A stretch of 64,000 bases of DNA from the NCBI GenBank assembly GCA_947465765.1, contig CANIAP010000001.1, positions 98,371 through 162,370 of the forward strand, read 5' to 3'. The stretch comes from a bacterium (lineage in GTDB: Bacteria > Margulisbacteria > Marinamargulisbacteria > SXXA01). The first letter of the stretch is position 1. Every line of letters starts with the position of its first letter. Shown one piece after another: positions 25,325 to 38,045 of this stretch. The position numbers were made by a program, and so were the translations under genes. The notes under the pieces are model-generated. The model saw only the letters and a program-made list of their open reading frames with translations, made no database searches and was not told the DNA's origin.

Positions 25325-25828
25325 ATGTCATCTAGTATTGGATTTGAAGCGAACACTGCCATTTGGACGGTGATTAATTTTGTTATTTTGCTGGTGCTAG
25401 TGCATCGATTTGCTTTGCCTTCTTTTTATAAGATGGTCGACGAAAGTGAAGATAAGCGTAACGCCTTGTTGATCGAGTTGGACCAAAAAATTCAGGAATC
25501 GGATCGCCTAATTGCGGAATACCGTGAAAAAGTGGCGAGCGCAGAAAAATCGGCAACGGATATTGTGGCCAAGGCACAAAAAGAGGCTGAAGAATTAAAG
25601 CGGCAGGAAGTTCAGAAATTGATTCAGGAAAAACAACAAATTTTGTCAGGGGTTCAGGGCGAAATTTCGTCTGAAAGAATGAAGGCAATTGATAACGTAA
25701 AGGCCCATGCGGCCGATTTAATTGTTTCTGCCACTGCTAAGATTTTGAAGCGTGAAGTAGCCGATGCCGGACATATGGATATTATCCGTGCAGACCTTGC
25801 TGAGTTTGAGAGTTCATTTCGTTCATGA
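25325..25828 (+). CDS. atpF: F-type ATP synthase Fo subunit b
   Basis: One N-terminal TM helix, then a long charged helix (EAEELKRQEVQKLIQEKQQ). Position in the operon supports the call. Confidence 0.88.
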   Translation: MSSSIGFEANTAIWTVINFVILLVLVHRFALPSFYKMVDESEDKRNALLIELDQKIQESDRLIAEYREKVASAEKSATDIVAKAQKEAEELKRQEVQKLIQEKQQILSGVQGEISSERMKAIDNVKAHAADLIVSATAKILKREVADAGHMDIIRADLAEFESSFRS

Positions 25829-26364
25829 GCGCTCAGTTGAATTTGGAGTTTGGTGAGCTATACGCTCGGTCCGAGAGACGCAACGAGCTGGATAAGGTCG
25901 AGTCTGATCTTGTGCAACTCGCGTTGTTGTTTAAGACAAATTTTGAGTTCAGAGGATTCATTCGCTCAACTCAGGTTCCCATAGAAGACCGTGTTCAACA
26001 GGTGGTGTCCTTAACTGGATTTTCAGTAGCGCAGACCTTTATTGAATTGTTATTCGTGATCTTGTCAGAAGGTTATTTTAATCAGATACAGCAAATTTCT
26101 GATAAATTAACGGGTATGATCAGCGAACGAACCGGACGCTATTTAGTGGTTCTCACGACCTCTTTCTCGTTGGAAGAAATGTCGTTAACCGAGGTGCAGG
26201 GACGGCTCTCCTCTGTATTGAGTCAACCCGTGGTTCTCCGTAATGATGTGGATAGCACGTTGATCGCGGGTAGCGTTTTGCGGCTTCCAGACGGAAAAGT
26301 GTATGACTTTTCAATTAAACGGCAGTTATCTGAATTTAAATCTTATTTGATGGAGAAGACCTAA
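25825..26364 (+). CDS. atpH: F-type ATP synthase subunit delta (OSCP)
   Basis: 179 aa. Lies between atpF and atpA with 4-nt and 1-nt overlaps. OSCP-like C-terminus (LIAGSVLRLPDGKVYDFSIKRQL). Confidence 0.85.
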   Translation: MSAQLNLEFGELYARSERRNELDKVESDLVQLALLFKTNFEFRGFIRSTQVPIEDRVQQVVSLTGFSVAQTFIELLFVILSEGYFNQIQQISDKLTGMISERTGRYLVVLTTSFSLEEMSLTEVQGRLSSVLSQPVVLRNDVDSTLIAGSVLRLPDGKVYDFSIKRQLSEFKSYLMEKT

Positions 26365-27872
26365 TGAAAGTGGATCAACAAGAAATATCGTCGTTGATTA
26401 AAAACCGATTAGAACAATTTTCGTTCAAAACCGAAGGCGATGAGATCGGATCGGTTGTTGAAACAGCCGATGGTATTGCTCGTATTACTGGGTTACCCAG
26501 CGCCATGTTGGGAGAAATGTTAGAGTTTCCTAACAAGATATTTGGAATTGTATTTAATCTTGAAGCCAGTCAAGTCGTTGTTATTATTTTGGGAAAAAAG
26601 ACCGAGGTTAGTATCGGTGATTGGGCCAAATGTACCAGCCGAATTATGGAGGTTCCGGTGGGCCCAGCGTTGTTGGGGCGCGTCGTTAACGCAGTTGGAA
26701 TTCCAATTGATGGTAAGGGCCCGATTGTTACAGATCGATTCCGTCCAGTAGAAACGGCCGTTCCTGGGGTTCTTGATCGCACTCCAGTTGAGCAGCCCCT
26801 TCAAACGGGGTACAAAGTCGTTGATGCGTTGATTCCGATTGGCCGTGGCCAACGGGAATTGATTATTGGTGACCGTCAAACTGGAAAAACCACATTGGCG
26901 ATTGATACGATTATTAATCAAAAAGATGCCGACATGGTGTGTGTTTACGTTGCAATTGGTAAGAAGTCGGCCTCAATTGTTGAGGTTGTTGAGACCTTAA
27001 CCAAACATGGTGCGATGCCGTATACCATTGTGGTTGATGCATCTGCAGATGATCCAGCAGCAATGCAGTGGTTGGCGCCGTTTTCAGGTACGGCCATGGG
27101 CGAAGAATTTATGTACAATCACCATAAAGACGTTTTGATTATTTATGATGATTTGACCAAGCACGCTAACGCGTATCGTCAGATATCGTTGTTGTTAAAG
27201 CGGCCTCCGGGCCGGGAAGCGTTTCCTGGTGATATTTTTTATCTTCATTCTCGTTTGTTGGAACGGTCGGCTCGATTGTCTAAAGAATTGGGAGGGGCGT
27301 CTATTACCTCACTTCCAATTATTGAAACTCAGCGTGGCGACGTTTCGACATACGTTCCTACCAACGTTATTTCAATCACTGATGGTCAAATTTTTCTACA
27401 GTCTGATTTGTTTTATGCAGGGTTTAGACCGGCCATTAACGCAGGTATTTCCGTATCTCGGGTCGGTGGAAAAGCACAAATTGAAGCGATTCGGAAATTA
27501 TCCGGAAAACTACGGCTGGAGTTAGCGCGGTTTAGAGAAAAAGAATCGTTCACTGCGTTTGCATCAGAGTTGGATGCTGAAACGCAGCAGCAGCTAAAGC
27601 GTGGGATGATTTTGGTGGAGATCTTAAAGCAAGATAAAAACGTTCCAATGCCAGTCGAAGAACAAGTCGTCAGCATTTTCTTGTCTACGTCTAATATGAT
27701 CGAACATCTTAATCTTACGGATGTAAAAAAATTCGAATTAGATCTTTTGGATCGGATTCGGAATACGGATACTGAGGTTCTTAAGACCATTCGGGAAACT
27801 AATAAGTTTTCTCCTGAGTCCGAGCAGAAAATACGGGCACACATTGACGCATTGCTCGTTGAGTTGAAGTAA
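26364..27872 (+). CDS. atpA: F-type ATP synthase F1 subunit alpha
   Basis: Walker A GDRQTGKT, YDDLTKHA and PGREAFPGDIFYLHSRLLERSA. 502 aa. Confidence 0.97.
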   Translation: MKVDQQEISSLIKNRLEQFSFKTEGDEIGSVVETADGIARITGLPSAMLGEMLEFPNKIFGIVFNLEASQVVVIILGKKTEVSIGDWAKCTSRIMEVPVGPALLGRVVNAVGIPIDGKGPIVTDRFRPVETAVPGVLDRTPVEQPLQTGYKVVDALIPIGRGQRELIIGDRQTGKTTLAIDTIINQKDADMVCVYVAIGKKSASIVEVVETLTKHGAMPYTIVVDASADDPAAMQWLAPFSGTAMGEEFMYNHHKDVLIIYDDLTKHANAYRQISLLLKRPPGREAFPGDIFYLHSRLLERSARLSKELGGASITSLPIIETQRGDVSTYVPTNVISITDGQIFLQSDLFYAGFRPAINAGISVSRVGGKAQIEAIRKLSGKLRLELARFREKESFTAFASELDAETQQQLKRGMILVEILKQDKNVPMPVEEQVVSIFLSTSNMIEHLNLTDVKKFELDLLDRIRNTDTEVLKTIRETNKFSPESEQKIRAHIDALLVELK

Positions 27873-27882
27873 AGGATCGTCG

Positions 27883-30407
<2,525 letters not shown>

Positions 30408-30408
<1 letters not shown>

Positions 30409-31067
30409 TGAGTGGGATTAACAGCGATTTATTGGGGTGGGTGTTACACATTGACACCCATCTCGCCGCGCTTATTTCTCAATACCATGAACTGACTTAC
30501 GCCATTTTGGCTGCTATTGTTTTCGTCGAAAATGGGGTTATATTGGTCCCGTTTCTCCCTGGTGATTCGTTGATATTTGTCTGCGGGGCGTTTGCGGCGA
30601 GGGGTAGCTTAGAGTTGGGCTTTTTGTCGTTGGTATTAATCGTTTCGTCCTTTTTAGGTGCGACGCTTAACTACTGGATAGGTCGATGGGCAGCGCTTAG
30701 GTTTGGCGACAGCAAAATTCCATTTGTAAATCTTAAATATGTCGATAGAACCCGTGTTTATTTTGATAAATATGGCGCTGCAACGATTATCGTGGCCCGG
30801 TTTTTCCCTATTATTCGAACGTTTGCGCCTTTTTTTGCGGGGCTGGGTGCAATGAATAGCTCAAAATTTTTGGTGTACAACTTAATTGGAAGCGTGGTTT
30901 GGGTCGGGCTTTTTTTATTAAGTGGCTATTTTTTTGGGGCCATTCCGTGGGTTGCCGACAATATGGTTGAGGTAGTGATGGGGATTTTAGTGGTGTCGGT
31001 GAGCCCTGTTTTAGGGCGTGCCCTATTTTTGTCGAGGTCGCTTTCAAAAACACGTAAAACCCGATAA
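30408..31067 (+). CDS. DedA-family (SNARE-associated/VTT-domain) membrane protein
   Basis: FVENGVILVPFLPGDSLIFVCGAFA, ARFFPIIRTFAPFFAG. The ATG shares its A with the atpC TAA (TAATG). Confidence 0.88.
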
Positions 31068-31131
31068 CATGGGCCTGTTACATAATTCGCATAATAACCT
31101 CCCCGGATAAGCCCGGATAGATAGGGTTTTC

Positions 31132-32229
31132 ATGGACGCTCGTTTAATATTTGAAGATGGTACGGTGTTTTTTGGCCGGGCATTTGCTGGTGGTGGAGAA
31201 CGTTTTGGAGAGGTCGTTTTTAACACGGCGATGTCTGGGTATCAGGAAGTTTTAACCGATCCCTCGTATTGTGGCCAGATGGTTTTGATGACTTATCCAA
31301 TGATTGGCAGTTACGGAATTAACTTAGAGGATGTGGAGTCCAGGGGGTTGTTTTTAGAAGCCTTGTTAGTTAGGGAATATATTGATTTTCCCAGCAACTG
31401 GCGTTCAAAAATGACCTTGAAGACGTATTTAGAACAGAATAATGTAATGGGTGTGGAGGGGTTGGATACTCGAGCAATTACCCGATATGTTCGCGAGAAT
31501 GGGGCTCAACGGACATTGTTGACAACCTCGTCAGAGTCGTTGGATGTCGCTTTGCGTCGGATCAGGTCTTCGCCCTCGATGCTGGGGTTGAATTTAGCCG
31601 ATAGAGTTTCGGCTTCAGGGTCGTACCAATGGCGGATGGGCGGTCATACGGCTCAGTATAGGGTGGCCGTTATTGATACCGGTGTGAAGTATAATATTCT
31701 TCGACTTTTGGCTGAACATGGATGTGATTGTACCGTGTTTCCAAGTACGATTGATGCAAGCGAGATTTTGGCTCAGGACTTTGATGGGGTGTTTTTGCCC
31801 AATGGTCCGGGGGATCCAGAGCCGGTCGTCAGATCGATTACTGCGATTAAAGCGCTGTTGGGGAAGGTTCCTATTTTTGGGATCTGTTTAGGGCATCAAC
31901 TGCTTTGGTTGGCGCTGGGTGGACGCACTTATAAGTTGAAATTTGGGCACCATGGGTCAAATCATCCCGTTAAAAACTTGGATACGGGTCACGTTGAAAT
32001 TACCTCACAGAATCATGGGTTTTGTGTCGATATTGAGTCCCTTTCAGAGGCGGATATTGAAATTACCCATATCAACTTGAACGATCAAACGGTTGAGGGG
32101 TTTCGCCACAGACATTACCCTGCATTTTCGGTTCAGTACCATCCTGAATCTGCCCCTGGACCGCATGATTCAAAATATTTATTTAAAAGTTTTGTTGATC
32201 TAATGAAACTTCATCGAGAGGCCAAATAA
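31132..32229 (+). CDS. carA: Carbamoyl-phosphate synthase small (glutaminase) subunit
   Basis: LIFEDGTVFFGRAFA...GEVVFNTAMSGYQEVLTDPSY. Triad region GICLGHQLL and HPE. Confidence 0.95.
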   Translation: MDARLIFEDGTVFFGRAFAGGGERFGEVVFNTAMSGYQEVLTDPSYCGQMVLMTYPMIGSYGINLEDVESRGLFLEALLVREYIDFPSNWRSKMTLKTYLEQNNVMGVEGLDTRAITRYVRENGAQRTLLTTSSESLDVALRRIRSSPSMLGLNLADRVSASGSYQWRMGGHTAQYRVAVIDTGVKYNILRLLAEHGCDCTVFPSTIDASEILAQDFDGVFLPNGPGDPEPVVRSITAIKALLGKVPIFGICLGHQLLWLALGGRTYKLKFGHHGSNHPVKNLDTGHVEITSQNHGFCVDIESLSEADIEITHINLNDQTVEGFRHRHYPAFSVQYHPESAPGPHDSKYLFKSFVDLMKLHREAK

Positions 32230-33665
32230 TGTCCCATGACGACGACGTTTTTCGTGACGAGTGTGGTGTTTTTGGTGCGTGGGGGTGTAAAGAAGCCGCA
32301 CAAATTTGTTATTTAGGATTGTATTCGTTGCAGCATCGGGGGCAGGAAAGCGCTGGTATTGTGACGGCGGACGCCTCTAATTTTTATGTTGTGAAAGATA
32401 TGGGATTGGTATCTGAAATTTTTAATCCAGATAATTTATCTTATTTAAAGGGCCAGTCCGCAGTGGGGCATGTGCGGTATTCGACCACCGGTGCATCCAT
32501 GTTGAATAACGTCCAACCTCTCTATACCAAGACGTCTAAAGGGAAAATTGCGGTCGCGCATAATGGTAACCTGACCAATGCATACACTATTTATAACCAG
32601 CTCAAATCCGATGGTGCCCTGTTTCAGACGACGGTAGATACTGAAGTTCTTTTACATTTAATTTCTAGGTCAAAAATGATCAAGCCTCTGGATGTGTTTC
32701 AAGAGGTGTTGGGACAGGTTGAAGGCGCTTTCTCGTTGGTTCTCTTGGGTGAGAAATATCTCGTAGCCGCGAGAGATACCTTTGGGTTTCGACCGTTGGT
32801 TTTGGGGCGATTGGGTGATGGGTATGTAGTGGCTTCGGAGACTTGTGCCTTTGACCTGATCGGGGCCACCTACATTCGGGAAATTGAGCCTGGCGAAATT
32901 ATTTTGATTGATAAGACAGGGATATCAACAACAAAAATTCTCAAGCAAACGCGGAAGGCATTTTGTGTATTTGAACATGTGTATTTCGCTCGGCCAGATA
33001 GCCACGTGTTCGGCGAAACTGTGCATTTGGTTCGCAAGGCATTTGGTCGGGCTTTGGCAGCCGAATATCCCGTCGATGCCGATCTGGTAATGGCCATTCC
33101 TGATTCAGGGAATAGTGCGGCCTTGGGCTATGCAGAGCAGTCAGGAATTCCGTTTGAGATTGGAATGACACGAAATCACTATGTGGGCCGGACGTTTATT
33201 CAACCGACTCAAAAGATTCGAGACTTTGCAGTTAAGGTAAAACTCAATCCGATTCGGTCAGTTCTGGAGGGAAAGAGGGTAATTGTGGTAGATGATTCGT
33301 TGGTGAGAGGAACGACCTCGAAACAACGGGTGGCGGCCATTCGTCAGGCGGGCGCAAAAGAAGTGCATCTTCGTATTTCGTCTCCCCCGATCACACATCC
33401 CTGTCACTTTGGAATTGATACCCCGCAGCGAGATAAGTTAATTGCGGCTCAGAAGACCGTCGACGAGATTCTGAAGTACGTGGGTGCGGATAGTATCGGG
33501 TATTTGAGCAAACAGTTGATGCTGAATGCCTTGACTGCCTATGGCCCGGGGGATTTTTGTACCGGGTGTTTTGATGGTAAATATCCTCTTAAAGTGAAGG
33601 ATAAAGGAAAATATTCTTTAGGAACAAGGAAAATTAAATTATATGCCGAAAAGAACCGATATTAA
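32229..33665 (+). CDS. purF: Amidophosphoribosyltransferase (propeptide- and Fe-S-containing type)
   Basis: Propeptide ending ...RDEC/GVFG, then [16 protein letters not shown] loop [13 protein letters not shown], and Cys ligands CHFGIDTP and CTGCF. Confidence 0.95.
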   Translation: MSHDDDVFRDECGVFGAWGCKEAAQICYLGLYSLQHRGQESAGIVTADASNFYVVKDMGLVSEIFNPDNLSYLKGQSAVGHVRYSTTGASMLNNVQPLYTKTSKGKIAVAHNGNLTNAYTIYNQLKSDGALFQTTVDTEVLLHLISRSKMIKPLDVFQEVLGQVEGAFSLVLLGEKYLVAARDTFGFRPLVLGRLGDGYVVASETCAFDLIGATYIREIEPGEIILIDKTGISTTKILKQTRKAFCVFEHVYFARPDSHVFGETVHLVRKAFGRALAAEYPVDADLVMAIPDSGNSAALGYAEQSGIPFEIGMTRNHYVGRTFIQPTQKIRDFAVKVKLNPIRSVLEGKRVIVVDDSLVRGTTSKQRVAAIRQAGAKEVHLRISSPPITHPCHFGIDTPQRDKLIAAQKTVDEILKYVGADSIGYLSKQLMLNALTAYGPGDFCTGCFDGKYPLKVKDKGKYSLGTRKIKLYAEKNRY

Positions 33666-36600
33666 GCGAATTTTACTCATTGGATCGGGGCCCATTGTCA
33701 TTGGGCAGGCGTGTGAATTTGATTATTCAGGGACCCAGGCCTGTAAGGCGTTACGGGAAGAAGGCTATGAAGTGGTGCTGGTTAATTCAAATCCCGCCAC
33801 TATTATGACTGATCCTAGCTTAGCGGATCGAACCTACATCGAGCCGCTGACTCCCGAAGTGTTAACTAAAATTATTGAGCGTGAGAAACCCGATGCCATA
33901 TTGCCCACATTGGGTGGGCAAACGGCGCTCAACTTGGCGATGGAGCTCCATAAACGCGGTATTTTGTCTGCATTTAACGTGGAGATGATTGGTGCGAACG
34001 CCAAATCAATCGAAAAAGCGGAAGATCGCCGTGCCTTTAAAAAGGCAATGGATAAGATTGGCCTTCAATCGGCTAAATCATCGGTAGCATACTCGCTGGA
34101 AGAGGCGAAAAATGCGGCTCTTGAATTGGGATACCCCTGCGTCGTTCGGCCGTCGTTTACCATGGGTGGAACCGGTGGTGGGATTGCCTATAACCAGGAT
34201 GAATTGGAGTCCATTGTCGGATCCGGATTGCGCAGTAGTGTGACATCCGAAGTCTTAATTGAAGAATCTATTTTGGGCTGGAAAGAATATGAACTCGAGG
34301 TAATGCGGGATAAGAACGACAATGTCGTTATTATTTGTTCGATCGAGAATTTTGATCCGATGGGGGTTCATACCGGTGATTCCATCACGGTTGCCCCAGC
34401 CCAAACATTGACGGATCGTGAATATCAAACCCTTCGGGATGCATCGATTGCAATTTTAAAAGAAGTTGGGGTAGATACCGGGGGCTCGAACGTACAGTTT
34501 GCGGTCAATCCGAAAGATGGCCGGGTCATTGTTATCGAGATGAATCCTCGCGTGTCTCGCAGTTCGGCATTGGCATCCAAGGCCACGGGCTTCCCGATTG
34601 CGAAGTTTGCGGCGAAGTTATCGGTGGGTTATACCTTGGATGAGTTATTGAATGATATTACGAGAAAAACGCCGGCATGTTTTGAGCCGTCGATCGACTA
34701 TTGTGTGGTTAAAATTCCACGGTTCAATTTTGAGAAATTTCCTCAGACAAATCCTGTGTTAGGCACCGCGATGAAATCAGTGGGGGAGGCAATGTCGATT
34801 GGGAGAACGTTTAAAGAGGCGTTTCAGAAAGCCTTACGTTCACTTGAGACCAAGCGGTTTGGGTTTGGATTTGATGGCAAAGATTTAGAAAATGTAGATG
34901 AGGCGACATTGATATCAAAGTTGGTGACGCCGAATCCTGATCGCGTGGACTATATCCATTATGCGTTTCGTCACGGATATTCGGTGGGCCAGGTTGAAGA
35001 TTATACCAAAATTGATCCTTGGTTTTTGGTTCAAATGTGGCAATTGGTGACAGAGGCGCCGAAGATAACGGCGAGTCCTGCATCGTTGCGACGTGCAAAA
35101 GAGTGGGGATTTTCGGACAAGCAGCTTGCCTTTTTGTTAGGCAAAGGCTCTGAGCTTGATATCCGGCAGTTGCGCGTGGCGGCGGGGGTGTTGCCCACCT
35201 ATAAGTTGGTCGACACTTGCGCTGCGGAATTCGAGTCGGTGACGCCGTATTTTTATTCCACGTATGAAGTCGAGGATGAAAGTCGGATCACCGAGAAATC
35301 CAAAGTGATGATCTTGGGCGGCGGGCCGAATCGGATTGGGCAGGGAATCGAATTTGATTATTGTTGTGTTCATGCCTCTTTTTCAATTCGGGAAGAAGGC
35401 ATGGAAAGTATTATGGTCAATTCGAATCCAGAAACCGTATCGACGGATTATGATATTTCAGACAAACTTTACTTCGAACCGCTGACATTTGAAGACGTAT
35501 TGAATATTTATGAGCGGGAAAAACCGCTGGGGGTGATTGTTCAATTTGGCGGGCAAACCCCGTTGAATTTATCGATTGAGTTGGAAAAAGCGGGCGTAAA
35601 GGTGTTGGGGACGTCGTCGGCCAGCATTGATATCGCCGAAGATCGCGATAAGTTTCAACATATGATTGCCAAGTTAGGCCTTCAACAACCGAAAAACGGG
35701 ATTGTGGTATCGCTGGTCGATGCGTTGAGAGTCGCCAATGAAATCGGATATCCGGTGTTGGTTCGTCCTTCGTACGTCTTGGGGGGCGCATCGATGGAGA
35801 TTGTCTATACCGATGCTGAATTGACGCGGTACATGAAGTCCGGGCAGGTCGAAATTTCTTTGGCAAAACCGCTATTGGTGGACGAATATTTAGAAGATGC
35901 GATTGAAGTGGATGTGGATGCGTTGTGTGACGGGATCGAAGTGGTTATAGCCGGTGTGATGGAACATATCGAAGAAGCAGGAATCCATTCTGGGGACTCT
36001 GCCTGTTCGCTACCTCCCCATTCGTTGGAAGAGGATGTGATCACGTCAATCAAATCTGCGACCCGGGATATTGCGCTAGAACTGGCGGTTATTGGGTTGA
36101 TGAATATCCAGTTCGCCGTGAAAGACGGTACCATTTATATTCTTGAGGTAAACCCTCGGGCGTCACGGACGGTTCCCTTTGTCAGCAAAGCCACGGGAAT
36201 TCCGTGGGCGAAGTTGGCCACCAAGGTGATTTTAGGTAAGTCGATTCAAGAATTGGCTATTGTGGTGCCAGTGATGACTCATACTGCGGTGAAGGAAGCG
36301 GTATTCCCGTTTAACAAGTTTCCTGGGGTCGATATTCTGTTGGGACCTGAAATGAAGTCGACGGGCGAAGTCATGGGATTGGATTCCAATTTTGGAATGT
36401 CGTATCTCAAGGCACAGTTGGCGGCGGGTCAGCAGATTCCGACATCGGGTCGTGTATTTTTAAGTGTCAAAAGTCGGGATAAACCCAAATTGGAAGCGGT
36501 GGCCCGGCCATTGGCGGAAATGGGGTTTGAATTGGTGGCAACGACCGGTACCGCCAAATATTTGGAGTCGGTGGGCTTAACGGCAATCCCTATTTATAAG

Positions 36601-36837
36601 GTATATGAAGGGCGTCCTAATATTGTCGATTCGATTAAAAACGGCGAAATTCAACTTATTATTAACACGCCGAGCGGGAAAAATCCGATGAAGGATGAAG
36701 TAATCATTCGTCAAACCGCCTTACAGCTGAACGTCCCGGTGGTTACGACAATGTCGGGTGCGTTGGCCACTGTGCGTGCAATCGACGACTATATGAATCG
36801 AAAAATGGAAGTCAAAGCACTCCAATCCTATTTTTGA
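33643..36837 (+). CDS. carB: Carbamoyl-phosphate synthase large subunit
   Basis: 1064 aa with two ATP-grasp halves ([24 protein letters not shown] and [22 protein letters not shown]) and an MGS-like C-terminus. Overlaps the purF end by 23 nt. Confidence 0.97.
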   Translation: MPKRTDIKRILLIGSGPIVIGQACEFDYSGTQACKALREEGYEVVLVNSNPATIMTDPSLADRTYIEPLTPEVLTKIIEREKPDAILPTLGGQTALNLAMELHKRGILSAFNVEMIGANAKSIEKAEDRRAFKKAMDKIGLQSAKSSVAYSLEEAKNAALELGYPCVVRPSFTMGGTGGGIAYNQDELESIVGSGLRSSVTSEVLIEESILGWKEYELEVMRDKNDNVVIICSIENFDPMGVHTGDSITVAPAQTLTDREYQTLRDASIAILKEVGVDTGGSNVQFAVNPKDGRVIVIEMNPRVSRSSALASKATGFPIAKFAAKLSVGYTLDELLNDITRKTPACFEPSIDYCVVKIPRFNFEKFPQTNPVLGTAMKSVGEAMSIGRTFKEAFQKALRSLETKRFGFGFDGKDLENVDEATLISKLVTPNPDRVDYIHYAFRHGYSVGQVEDYTKIDPWFLVQMWQLVTEAPKITASPASLRRAKEWGFSDKQLAFLLGKGSELDIRQLRVAAGVLPTYKLVDTCAAEFESVTPYFYSTYEVEDESRITEKSKVMILGGGPNRIGQGIEFDYCCVHASFSIREEGMESIMVNSNPETVSTDYDISDKLYFEPLTFEDVLNIYEREKPLGVIVQFGGQTPLNLSIELEKAGVKVLGTSSASIDIAEDRDKFQHMIAKLGLQQPKNGIVVSLVDALRVANEIGYPVLVRPSYVLGGASMEIVYTDAELTRYMKSGQVEISLAKPLLVDEYLEDAIEVDVDALCDGIEVVIAGVMEHIEEAGIHSGDSACSLPPHSLEEDVITSIKSATRDIALELAVIGLMNIQFAVKDGTIYILEVNPRASRTVPFVSKATGIPWAKLATKVILGKSIQELAIVVPVMTHTAVKEAVFPFNKFPGVDILLGPEMKSTGEVMGLDSNFGMSYLKAQLAAGQQIPTSGRVFLSVKSRDKPKLEAVARPLAEMGFELVATTGTAKYLESVGLTAIPIYKVYEGRPNIVDSIKNGEIQLIINTPSGKNPMKDEVIIRQTALQLNVPVVTTMSGALATVRAIDDYMNRKMEVKALQSYF

Positions 36838-36843
36838 ACGGGT

Positions 36844-36868
36844 ATTTAATTTAATTTAATTTAATTTC
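36844..36868. repeat. Pentanucleotide microsatellite (ATTTA)x4 plus ATTTC
   Basis: Read directly in the carB-degT spacer, just upstream of the AAGGAG Shine-Dalgarno of the next gene. Confidence 0.9.
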
Positions 36869-36886
36869 TGATTAAGGAGCGACTGC

Positions 36887-38026
36887 GTGACGACATTAAC
36901 TGTGACCCATGTTCCGATGCTGGACCTGAACGCCCAATATTTACCGGTGGAAGCCAAGGTTATTGAAGCGATTACCCGAGTAGTTCGTTCTAAGCAATTT
37001 GTGATGGGGCCTCAGGTGGCGGAACTGGAGCAGGCGCTATCTGAGTATTGTAAGGTGCCGCATACTATCGGCGTTTCGTCAGGTACGGATGCCCTGGTAT
37101 TGGCATTGATGGCGTTGGGCATTGGGGCCGGTGATGAGGTTATTACCTCTCCGTTTAGTTTTTTTGCGACAGCAGGATCGATCGCCCGAGTGGGGGCCAC
37201 TCCGGTGTTTGTAGATATTGATCCCGAGACATTTAATATCGATGCCTCTCAAATTGAGGCTAAAATTACGCCAAAAACCAAGGCAATTATCCCTGTTCAT
37301 TTGTTTGGGCAGATGGCGGATATGGATCCGATAATGGATTTGGCGACTCGTTATAACCTTAAGGTTATCGAAGATTCCGCGCAATCGATCGGTGCCGAGT
37401 ATCGCGGCCGTGATGGGGTGTCCCGTCGATCAGGGTCGATTGGGAATATCGGCTGTTTCTCCTTTTTCCCGAGTAAAAACTTGGGCTGTTGTGGCGATGG
37501 GGGGGCGGTAACGACCACCGACGCTGCGTTGGCCGAGACCTTGTCCGTGTTGCGGGTTCATGGTGCGAAGCACCGGTATTATCATGAGTTGGTGGGCGGT
37601 AATTTTAGGTTGGACACGATTCAAGCCGCGGTGCTTTTGGTGAAGCTCCAGGAGTTGGAAACCCAGCATATTCAACGAATCAAAAATGGGTTGTTATACA
37701 ATGACTTGTTGGCGGGGATTTCTGAACTGACGTTGCCGGTGGATCGGACGCCAGGACGAATGATTTACAATCAATACACACTGAGAACAAAAAAAAGAGA
37801 CGGATTAATGGCTGCGCTAAACGCGGCGAAAGTGGGTAATTCGGTATATTATCCGGTGCCGCTTCATTTGCAAGACTGTTTTGCTTCTCTGGGGCATCAA
37901 GTAGGGGACTTTCCCCATGCAGAATCCGCGGCTCGGGAAGTGCTTTCTATCCCTATCTATGCCGAACTCACCCACGAGCAGCAGGTGTATGTCTCAACGG
38001 CGATACGGGAATTTTTTAAGGATTAA
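36887..38026 (+). CDS. DegT/DnrJ/EryC1/StrS-family PLP-dependent sugar aminotransferase
   Basis: LDLNAQY, GVSSGTDAL, FSFFPSKNLGCCGDGGAV (Lys context), RVHG. GTG start with AAGGAG 7 nt upstream. Confidence 0.9.
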   Translation: MTTLTVTHVPMLDLNAQYLPVEAKVIEAITRVVRSKQFVMGPQVAELEQALSEYCKVPHTIGVSSGTDALVLALMALGIGAGDEVITSPFSFFATAGSIARVGATPVFVDIDPETFNIDASQIEAKITPKTKAIIPVHLFGQMADMDPIMDLATRYNLKVIEDSAQSIGAEYRGRDGVSRRSGSIGNIGCFSFFPSKNLGCCGDGGAVTTTDAALAETLSVLRVHGAKHRYYHELVGGNFRLDTIQAAVLLVKLQELETQHIQRIKNGLLYNDLLAGISELTLPVDRTPGRMIYNQYTLRTKKRDGLMAALNAAKVGNSVYYPVPLHLQDCFASLGHQVGDFPHAESAAREVLSIPIYAELTHEQQVYVSTAIREFFKD

Positions 38027-38045
38027 TGGGGACCTAAAGGCTGCT

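Noticed and set aside
36844-36868. (ATTTA)x4 pentanucleotide repeat as a contingency locus for the DegT-type gene
   Set aside because: The repeat ends 18 nt before the GTG start codon, immediately 5' of the Shine-Dalgarno, and lies in a 49-nt spacer with no promoter elements I can align. This is most simply AT-rich slippage of no demonstrated consequence.
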